From Bacteroidales bacterium (GTDB lineage Bacteria; Bacteroidota; Bacteroidia; Bacteroidales; Azobacteroidaceae): a stretch of 41,304 bases of DNA. This document shows positions 18,846-26,672 of this stretch, in pieces. The stretch is from the NCBI GenBank assembly GCA_031554915.1, contig JAVBUX010000178.1, forward strand, positions 1 through 41,304, read 5' to 3'. The notes beneath the pieces are model-generated. The model was given only the letters and a program-made list of their open reading frames with translations, was not told the origin of the DNA and ran no database searches. The translations under genes were made by a program, and so were the position numbers. Each line of letters starts with the position of its first letter. Positions within the stretch are counted from its first letter, which is position 1.

Positions 18846-19268
18846 TTATTCCAATTTTTTCCAGACTTCACTCAATTTGCGCATACCATCAGCAACAGTG
18901 CCTGTGATACGCATTTCGTTTCCTTTAATTTCTATGACAAAAGTTGATTTTGTATTTGGCAAGTCTTTTATATTTGAAAACTCGATAGTCTCATAATACT
19001 GACTCCCATTGAGCTTATAAGTGCCTCCGACTATTCGCAGAGCAACACCTTTTCTGTCGTATGTGATCGCACAAAAATGAGTTCCGTTAAACTGTTTCTG
19101 ATATAAAAGAGGACTGTCTTCAGCAACTACCTGCATAGGCTCATTACCATCCTGAGAAGAGACTAACACCCATGTACCTGTTAGCTTGGACTGATCTAAG
19201 TTTTCATTTGCTTTTGTATCCGTGATGAAAAGCAAAAGGGCTAAGAGAATGAATACTTTTGTTTTCAT
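18846..19268 (-). CDS. Secreted lipocalin-like beta-barrel protein (DUF4488-like)
   Basis: Signal peptide, LTGTWVLVS, GGTYKLNG..YYETIEF and EVWKK. Minus-strand TATATTTG at 19316-19323. Confidence 0.6.
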   Translation of the reverse strand: MKTKVFILLALLLFITDTKANENLDQSKLTGTWVLVSSQDGNEPMQVVAEDSPLLYQKQFNGTHFCAITYDRKGVALRIVGGTYKLNGSQYYETIEFSNIKDLPNTKSTFVIEIKGNEMRITGTVADGMRKLSEVWKKLE

Positions 19269-19392
19269 GGCAATAAATGTGTAAAATTGATACTAATCCC
19301 AATAATGATCTTGCACAAATATAACAAAAATAAAAGAATATCTGATGAAATTTATTGAGTATTTTTATGTGTTTTTTTATTTTTTTAAACTA

Positions 19393-19430
19393 CAAAGACA
19401 CGAAGTTCAAATGTGAACTTCGTGTCTTTG
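19393..19430. repeat. Perfect 17-bp inverted repeat (terminator/REP-like hairpin) downstream of the S41 protease
   Basis: CAAAGACACGAAGTTCA-aatg-TGAACTTCGTGTCTTTG. Confidence 0.8.
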
Positions 19431-19449
19431 CATCTTTGTGTTGAAAAAG

Positions 19450-22400
19450 TTATTTCAGTTCCTTCAGTAATTCCTGAACAGCTTTAGCTAATTGTTCGTC
19501 TTCTCCTTTTACAATCTTGTCAGGAGAGTTTGCTACTTTAAAATCCGGTTCTAATTGTTTGTTTTCCAGATAACTACCGTCTGGTAGCTGGTAGCCTACG
19601 ATTGGAATACCAAAGATAAGAGTTGGGTCTTGCAGGTTTTCCCAGGAAACGCTGGTCATAGTTCCCGGAACAGGCATACCTACCAATTTTCCGATACCTG
19701 TATGTTTGTAAACCCATGGAGTACCGTGAGCATTGGAATAACAGGCTTCGTTCATTACCATGATTGATGGTTTATTCCAACGGCGGCTGGGCATGTCGCA
19801 GGTTTCTTGTCCACGGACAACTTGTGTAAAATATTTCTTTCCACTGAATAATACTTCGATATCTTCATGCAAGCGTCCTCCTCCATTAAAACGGATGTCA
19901 ATAACAATGGCTTCCTTGTTGTTGAATTTTCCGAGTATATCAGAGTAAATTGTACGGAAACTGGGATCTCCCATGCTTTGAATATGAACATAGCCTAAGC
20001 GTCCGTTAGAAAGACGTTCTACATCAGCTTCACGTTGTTTTACCCAGCGATCATAAAGCAGGTCGGTAAGTTGGCTTGATGAAATAGGCTTGATGACTTC
20101 TTCCCATCGTTCATTTGTGGTAGGATTGTATAAAGAAATGAGCGTGTTCTTACCCGCTTTTTTATTCAATAATGGGAAATAATCCATTCCTGGAGTGATT
20201 TTGATTCCGTCAATCATTTCGATGATGCATCCGGATTTTACTTTACTTTCGGCATTGTCGAACGGACCTTTTTCAATCACCTCATCGATCAGTAAACCGT
20301 CTTTAGCATAGTTCCAGGAGAAGAATAAGCCTAATTGAGCGGTAGCATCAGGGTTTTGTGGTACACCACGATAGCGTCCACCTGTATGTGAAACGTTCAA
20401 TTCTCCAAGAATTTCGCTTAATAATTCGGCAAAATCATAGTTGTTGTTGATATGAGGTAGAAAACGGGAATAGGCTTTTTTCATCAAAGGCCAGTCCACA
20501 CCGTGCATATTTTTATCATAAAAACGTTTTTCTTCTTGCATACAAACATGGTCAAACATATATTGACGTTCGGCAGGCAGATTGACATCCATTTCGGCTT
20601 GCGGAGTAATGATCGTTTTCTTGGCATCTGCTATTCCTATCTTTTGAGTACTCATTCCCAAGAGGAAGATGTTTTTACCATCTTTATCTAATAGCAAAGA
20701 CCCCGAACCTGCGGCTTTTGAAACGATTTTTGTTTCTTTTGTTCTGCAATCGAGTTGCCATAAATCGTAACCTTTCTCAAAAGAAGCCAGATAGAATAAT
20801 TTGTCGCCTTCCGGAGTCAGGATGGCATCAGCCATTAGAGATGAATTTGGTGTCAGACGGACAATCCTGTCTTCGATACCTTTCAACTCAATCTTGACGG
20901 ATTTGTCATCTTTTTTCTTTTCGTCTTCTTTTTTATCAGCAGATTTTTCCTCTTTTTTATCCTCTTTTGCTGCTGTTGTTTTTTTCTTTTCTTTTGCTTT
21001 CTCTTCTTCTTTCAACAATTTGTAATCATCTTCACTCAGAATGAATTTATCATACGATTCCTGGTTCAGAAATATGATCATCGCATCTTCTAAAGAACCC
21101 CATGAAGCATGACTGCGCATACCATAACGTTCTGATGTGAAAAGGATGGCGTTTCCACCCATTACCCAATGTGCATGAGAACTGGTATATCCGCTATATG
21201 TCAAATTAGTGATTGTTCCACCTTGAGAACTTACTAAACCAATATCGCTGTAAGGCATGTGTTTGTTCGGACAATAAGAGATTGTAAACCATTTTCCATC
21301 GGGCGACCAGTCATAATCGATAAAACCGGAGCTGTCGAGGTTGCCTGAACCATCGGTAATTTGCCTTGTCTTTTTCGTAGCGATGTTATAGACCATTAAT
21401 TTGTTCCGGTCTTGGATGAACGAGATCTCTTTTCCATCAGGGGAGAACAGAGGCAGGCTACGTTCAATGTTGTCCGATTTGAAAAGCGGTTCTTCTTTAA
21501 GAATTGTAGAGCTGAAGAAATACAAATCATCTTCACGTCCTGTTTTTACGGTATAGAGGCTCCAGATACCATCGCGTTCACTGGCATATACCAAAGTCTT
21601 TCCATCAGGAGAGAAGCTGGGGTAATTATCCTGAGCAGGAGTCTCTGTGATACGTTTAGTATATTTGTAATCAACGGAAGAAACGAAAATTTCGCCACGC
21701 ATTACAAAAGCAACTTGTTTTCCATCAGGGGAAACTGCGCGTCCGTAAGCTCCACGACCCAGAGTCAATGTATTGTTGTCTTTGTTTTCTCCGATAATGT
21801 CTATTTTTATTTTTTGAGCCTTACCATTGGTGGCTTGAGTATAAATTTCGCCATCATAGAAATAGCATAAAGTACCATTATTTGCGATGCTAAGAAAACG
21901 TACCGGATGAGTTTTGAAAGAGCTGATTTGTTTTACTTGTTTAGGATCATTTATAGGAAAAGAATGCACATTGTATGTTCCGGAACGCTCACTAAGAAAA
22001 TAGACTGTGTTGTTATCCGGACTGAAGACCGGGTTGGTATCTTCTCCCGGATCTGAGATTAATTCCTGATATTTACCGGTTTGCAGGTCATAAGTCCAGA
22101 TATTACGAGTGACAGCTGATTTATGATGTTTCCTGAATCTGTCTTCCTGACCTTTGCGATCCTGATAGATAAATTTTTTGCCGTCTTTGGTGAAACAAAT
22201 ATTTTCGGCAGCAACAGCCATAATTTGTTCCGGACGGTCTCCATTCACAGGAACTTTGTAGAGTTCACTCATTACTCCGGAAGGGAAAGCAGCGCTGGCA
22301 GCTGGAGCTTGTATTTTTGCTCCAAAGAATATATATTTTCCGTCAGGAGAAAAAGAATATGGAGCTTCTGAACTGGAATAAGTAGTAAGCCTTTTTACAT

Positions 22401-22692
22401 TTCCACCTTCGGTAGAAACTAGAAAAATATCAAAATTACCATAACGATCACTCGCAAAAGCAATGTTTTTTCCATCGGGCGACCATACCGGCATGTAGTC
22501 ATATGCTTCGTGCATAGTGACTTGTTTAGCTTCTCCTCCGGTTGAGGCTACTTTATAAATATCTCCTTTGTAGGAAAAAGCAATTTCCTTTCCATCCGGC
22601 GATATTGCGGGATAGCGCATCCAGAGGGGTGTTTCAGCAAAACTGTATAAAGGTAACAGTAATAATAAAAGAATAGAATAAATCGTTTTCAT
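19450..22692 (-). CDS. Tricorn-like S41 family peptidase
   Basis: PD40 repeats (SPDGK), ELNVSH, a PDZ region, GYVHIQSM, IDIRFNGGG and CYSNAH; signal peptide; 1080 aa. Confidence 0.93.
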   Translation of the reverse strand: MKTIYSILLLLLLPLYSFAETPLWMRYPAISPDGKEIAFSYKGDIYKVASTGGEAKQVTMHEAYDYMPVWSPDGKNIAFASDRYGNFDIFLVSTEGGNVKRLTTYSSSEAPYSFSPDGKYIFFGAKIQAPAASAAFPSGVMSELYKVPVNGDRPEQIMAVAAENICFTKDGKKFIYQDRKGQEDRFRKHHKSAVTRNIWTYDLQTGKYQELISDPGEDTNPVFSPDNNTVYFLSERSGTYNVHSFPINDPKQVKQISSFKTHPVRFLSIANNGTLCYFYDGEIYTQATNGKAQKIKIDIIGENKDNNTLTLGRGAYGRAVSPDGKQVAFVMRGEIFVSSVDYKYTKRITETPAQDNYPSFSPDGKTLVYASERDGIWSLYTVKTGREDDLYFFSSTILKEEPLFKSDNIERSLPLFSPDGKEISFIQDRNKLMVYNIATKKTRQITDGSGNLDSSGFIDYDWSPDGKWFTISYCPNKHMPYSDIGLVSSQGGTITNLTYSGYTSSHAHWVMGGNAILFTSERYGMRSHASWGSLEDAMIIFLNQESYDKFILSEDDYKLLKEEEKAKEKKKTTAAKEDKKEEKSADKKEDEKKKDDKSVKIELKGIEDRIVRLTPNSSLMADAILTPEGDKLFYLASFEKGYDLWQLDCRTKETKIVSKAAGSGSLLLDKDGKNIFLLGMSTQKIGIADAKKTIITPQAEMDVNLPAERQYMFDHVCMQEEKRFYDKNMHGVDWPLMKKAYSRFLPHINNNYDFAELLSEILGELNVSHTGGRYRGVPQNPDATAQLGLFFSWNYAKDGLLIDEVIEKGPFDNAESKVKSGCIIEMIDGIKITPGMDYFPLLNKKAGKNTLISLYNPTTNERWEEVIKPISSSQLTDLLYDRWVKQREADVERLSNGRLGYVHIQSMGDPSFRTIYSDILGKFNNKEAIVIDIRFNGGGRLHEDIEVLFSGKKYFTQVVRGQETCDMPSRRWNKPSIMVMNEACYSNAHGTPWVYKHTGIGKLVGMPVPGTMTSVSWENLQDPTLIFGIPIVGYQLPDGSYLENKQLEPDFKVANSPDKIVKGEDEQLAKAVQELLKELK

Positions 22693-22788
22693 TGTGCGGT
22701 ATTTAAAATTTTCACGAAGTTAAGGTTTTTTAGTTGAAATTTAATAAAATTCTTATATTTACAGACAAAATTCGATCATTACGGGAAT

Positions 22789-24672
22789 ATGAGAACTTTA
22801 TATACACGATATACATTGTTGTTGTTTATACTAGGGATTAATATTTGTGCGCAAAATGTTGAAGATCAGCCTTTAAGATTAGATAGTCTTCTTGTTGTAC
22901 ACAAGAATATGTATTTCTATCAATCTCCGACTATCGGTCATGCTGATAGTGTTTTTCATAGGGTAGAACATATTTATCTTTATTTCGATACCGATTCCAT
23001 CTGCCGGCAGTTTATCCGTAAAGGAGGATTTAATGCAATTCCTGATGAAATGGATTACCTCTACTATGCTGTAATGACGGAGATGACTCCGGAGAGAACT
23101 ACACTTGAGATCGATAAAATGGAAAAAGTTGCCCTGGAATATAAATCGCAGCCCTTGATGCGTGAAATCGAATTTCGACGGGCTGCAAGTTTACCTGACC
23201 AGACAAAAGAACAATTTGAATCCCGGTTGAATCGCTTGCACGAACTTCAGGGTAAAGCTGAGGAACGTAGGGATACTCTCCTACAGATCAGGATTATGGA
23301 AACTATCCTTACACAATTGAGATATGGAAACCGCTCGTCAGAAATGTTGGAAGAGGCTGCCCGCATTACAAAAATCCTGGATCAAGTTACAGATAAACAA
23401 TATGTTGCCCGTCGGCACCTGTATTTTTTTATAGGAGAAATATTCTATCAATACGGAGATTATGAACAAGCTATTCCACTCCTGGAAAAAGCATTGAAAA
23501 ATGCAGGTCATTTTTTTGAACGATCCAATCTGAGCGCTCGTAACGATTTGGGGCTATATTACAGGGGGCAAGGAAATCTTGATTTATCGGACAGTTATTT
23601 CCGTTCCATGCTTGAAAGTCCCGACCAGGTTAAATACCGTGGCGAATACGATGCCATTGCGATTTGTAATCTGGGAAAAAACAACCAGATCCGAAAAGAT
23701 TACAAAAAGTCGAAAATCTTGCTGGAGAAGGGATTGCCTGTGATGATCGATTTCAAGGACTATTCCTTTATTGCTAGTGTTTTTATTTCTTTGGGAGATT
23801 GTTATCTGATAGAGGATAACCTGTTGAAAACAAAATTTATGATCGATTCAGCCCGGCAATACATCAATCTTTACCAGATATATAACCTGAATCTTGAACT
23901 TTTTCCTTTGATGAGCCGGTATTATGCAGCGACAGGTGATATGGAGTTAAGTATGGCTTACTTGGATTCTACTGTGGCTCAAAATAAAGAATACCAGAAG
24001 CAATACAATATTTCACATATTTTTCATGTGGAGAAAAAGTTGTTCGAAGCTGAAAAACAGGCTAAAGAGGAACAATTAGCATCAGAGAAACTGAAAAAAG
24101 AAGCGTATCGTAATCTGTTACTGTCTTTACTGATATTATTTTTAACTGCTGCAACTTTTTATGTTTCATATGTCCGGTTACGTGAGCGGAAAAATCACGC
24201 CCTCTACAAGCGTATTATGGAAGAAAATCGCATGCAGGTTCAGTTGTTGGAAACGAAACGATTGCTTATGCAGTCCCAAAAGGATCAATTGCCGGATTCC
24301 ACTGTTCTGGTACAAGATAACGGTATGGTTTATAATAATGGAAACAATATTATACAACGCCTGGAAGAGTTGATGCAGGCAGGATTCCTCTTTTCAGATT
24401 CGTCCCTTACCCGTAAAACATTAGCCGAACGACTGAATACGAACGAAAATTATCTGACAACGGCTATTCGTAACGAATACAATGGGAAGACATTCAGTGA
24501 ATACATAAACTCACAACGGTTGATGTACTCACATCAGCTCTTGGTAAACAGTCCCGAACTCTCTATTAAAGAAATTACCGATAAATCCGGTTTTTCTTCC
24601 TATAAATACTTTCACAAACTGTTCCGCGAAGAATTCGGAATGTCTCCTTCGGAATTCAGGAAAATGACGTAA
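22789..24672 (+). CDS. One-component transmembrane regulator: periplasmic TPR region, single TM helix, AraC HTH
   Basis: Signal-like N-terminus, TPR-like helices (IGEIFYQYGDYEQAIPLLEKAL), TM segment LLLSLLILFLTAATFYVSYV and C-terminal SGFSSYKYFHKLFREEFGMSPSEFR. Confidence 0.88.
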   Translation: MRTLYTRYTLLLFILGINICAQNVEDQPLRLDSLLVVHKNMYFYQSPTIGHADSVFHRVEHIYLYFDTDSICRQFIRKGGFNAIPDEMDYLYYAVMTEMTPERTTLEIDKMEKVALEYKSQPLMREIEFRRAASLPDQTKEQFESRLNRLHELQGKAEERRDTLLQIRIMETILTQLRYGNRSSEMLEEAARITKILDQVTDKQYVARRHLYFFIGEIFYQYGDYEQAIPLLEKALKNAGHFFERSNLSARNDLGLYYRGQGNLDLSDSYFRSMLESPDQVKYRGEYDAIAICNLGKNNQIRKDYKKSKILLEKGLPVMIDFKDYSFIASVFISLGDCYLIEDNLLKTKFMIDSARQYINLYQIYNLNLELFPLMSRYYAATGDMELSMAYLDSTVAQNKEYQKQYNISHIFHVEKKLFEAEKQAKEEQLASEKLKKEAYRNLLLSLLILFLTAATFYVSYVRLRERKNHALYKRIMEENRMQVQLLETKRLLMQSQKDQLPDSTVLVQDNGMVYNNGNNIIQRLEELMQAGFLFSDSSLTRKTLAERLNTNENYLTTAIRNEYNGKTFSEYINSQRLMYSHQLLVNSPELSIKEITDKSGFSSYKYFHKLFREEFGMSPSEFRKMT

Positions 24673-24744
24673 TACCGAAATCCTCATCTAACCAGTAGAT
24701 CATTGGACGAAAAGGTTAATTTTAAGTTAATTATTGTTAAAATA

Positions 24745-24827
24745 AAGGCAATTCCTAATAGTAGATATTATTCTCCTAATAGTGGATATTGCCTTGTTGC
24801 TCTTTTATAAAGGGTGAATTATATTTG
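24745..24827 (+). promoter_or_regulatory. Candidate AraC-type operator and -7 element upstream of the PI-PLC gene
   Basis: TCCTAATAGTRGATATT at 24753 and 24774 (16/17 identical, 21 bp apart), followed by TATATTTG at 24820-24827. Confidence 0.65.
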
Positions 24828-24903
24828 CAGAGTAAAAGGTGGCTTTGGATTATCTAAGGAACGAATAATTATATTGATAGTAATAATTAATATTTATTAT
24901 ATT

Positions 24904-26667
24904 ATGAAAAATACATACTTTAGGAGATCTGACCAATATGATAATGGTAAGAGGCCAAACATTGCAGCCAATGTGCATGGACAAGTGATAGAAGTCCATG
25001 AATCGGATGGTACCTTGTTTAATTTATGGTCGCATGCAGGGAAAATAGATGATAAAACAATAAACAGTGTTGTATGCGGAAAACATATAGTTTTTCCAAA
25101 CAGCAGTTTTAAATATGATAATGGGAAAACACCGGCATGTGCATTAAACGATCAAGGTATTGCTGTGGAAATTCATCAGTCAGAAAATCGTTTTTCCCCG
25201 TGCCTTTGCTATCATATAAGTAATTATGAAGAAATTCAAGGACACAAATGGAGAGATAGTCATGGACTACATAACGGAGAGGCACCCGATATAGCTCTAA
25301 GCAATCAAATTAACCATTATTCTATTGTTGTAGCGGTTTATAAAGATGGTGCAAAGTTATTTTACAGCATGGGAACCATTAAAGGTACCGAACAGCAAGT
25401 AGAGTGGATCGATGAAAAAAAAGAATATACCGGTAGCGGTAATAATCCTTCTATTGCCATAAGGCGCAATTTCAACAACAATATGACTTATGCTGTGGGA
25501 GCCTACGAAGCAGGTGGGGTCATTTATGCTCATCTTTGGGAACTAAAATTTAATAACAACAATAAAGCAGAGGTAATTTTTAAAGCCCGTGATATTTTCG
25601 TGGCACAGGGTACTTTCCCATCTGTTGATATTTCAAATGAAGGCGAAATAGTAATACTTTTTAGACAAGCTGAAAGACTTTATTCCCATACAGGTAAAAT
25701 AGATTATACAAACGATAATATTATTTGGAATACTGAAAGATATGTCACTTTCGAATCAGGGATAGATCCCTCTGTTGCCATTGCGGGGGATTATGTAGTG
25801 CAAATACATCGTTCAGAAGTGCTTCAGCATTTATATTATTCTATAGGAGAGTTTATTGAAAAGCAGCCTGTATGGATGAAGCAAATCAAAGATGACAGAA
25901 ATATATGCTCAATAAACCTGCCCGGCACACATGATACTTGTACATTCACATCAGGAGTTCCCGGAGTTCGAACACAAAACCATGATTTAATGTCCCAGCT
26001 TGAAATGGGAGTCCGTTTTATTGATATCCGGTGCAGACATTTTCATAATATTTTCACCATTCATCATGGAGATTTCTTTTTAGGTATGGATTTTAGGTCT
26101 GTTATGTTTACATGCCTTTCCTTTTTAAAACAAAACCCTACTGAAACTATCCTAATGGTGATCAAGGAAGAACATACAAGCGAAGGATGTACCCGTTCAT
26201 TTGAAGAAACTTTCAGAAGTGAATATTTTGATAATATAAAAGATAAATGGCTTGTAAAAAATAGTATTCCCACTTTAGGTGAAGCCAGAGGGAAAATTGT
26301 TTTGTTAAGACGATTTCCTCTTGCCCAATCAAATACATTGGGTTTGGATTTATCTGATTGGAAAGACGATTGTATTTTTGAGACAAAAAGCGTAAAAGCA
26401 AAAATACAAGATAATTATAAAGCAAACAGGGACGAAAAATTAGGTAAAGTTAATCTAATTATAGACGAAGCCATAGATAAAAACCATGATTACCTTTACT
26501 TGAATTTTTCCAGCATACAAGGTGCCCCTGAAGCATATGCCTCCTTCTTAAATCCAAGAGTTAATGAAAAAATAAACTCATCAAGAGGCAGATTTGGAGT
26601 TATTGCTATGGATTTTATCAATCCGATATATGCCCATGATATTATATGTACAAATTTCAAAAAATAA
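24904..26667 (+). CDS. Repeat (beta-propeller-like) domain fused to phosphatidylinositol-specific phospholipase C (PI-PLC X-box) domain
   Basis: C-terminal LPGTHD, QLEMGVRFIDIR, IHHG, PTLGEARGKIVLLRRF and GVIAMDF match bacterial PI-PLC. About six N-terminal GxxPxxA repeats. ATG 24904 is preferred over GTG 24814. Confidence 0.85.
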   Translation: MKNTYFRRSDQYDNGKRPNIAANVHGQVIEVHESDGTLFNLWSHAGKIDDKTINSVVCGKHIVFPNSSFKYDNGKTPACALNDQGIAVEIHQSENRFSPCLCYHISNYEEIQGHKWRDSHGLHNGEAPDIALSNQINHYSIVVAVYKDGAKLFYSMGTIKGTEQQVEWIDEKKEYTGSGNNPSIAIRRNFNNNMTYAVGAYEAGGVIYAHLWELKFNNNNKAEVIFKARDIFVAQGTFPSVDISNEGEIVILFRQAERLYSHTGKIDYTNDNIIWNTERYVTFESGIDPSVAIAGDYVVQIHRSEVLQHLYYSIGEFIEKQPVWMKQIKDDRNICSINLPGTHDTCTFTSGVPGVRTQNHDLMSQLEMGVRFIDIRCRHFHNIFTIHHGDFFLGMDFRSVMFTCLSFLKQNPTETILMVIKEEHTSEGCTRSFEETFRSEYFDNIKDKWLVKNSIPTLGEARGKIVLLRRFPLAQSNTLGLDLSDWKDDCIFETKSVKAKIQDNYKANRDEKLGKVNLIIDEAIDKNHDYLYLNFSSIQGAPEAYASFLNPRVNEKINSSRGRFGVIAMDFINPIYAHDIICTNFKK

Positions 26668-26672
26668 TCGAT

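Noticed and set aside
20905-21015. Low-complexity Lys/Glu/Asp tract in the tricorn-like protease
   Set aside because: A charged linker is typical of this family and is not a DNA repeat element.
24745-24795. Invertible promoter
   Set aside because: The IRs are only 8 bp, the -7 motif lies outside them, and no recombinase is present in the window.
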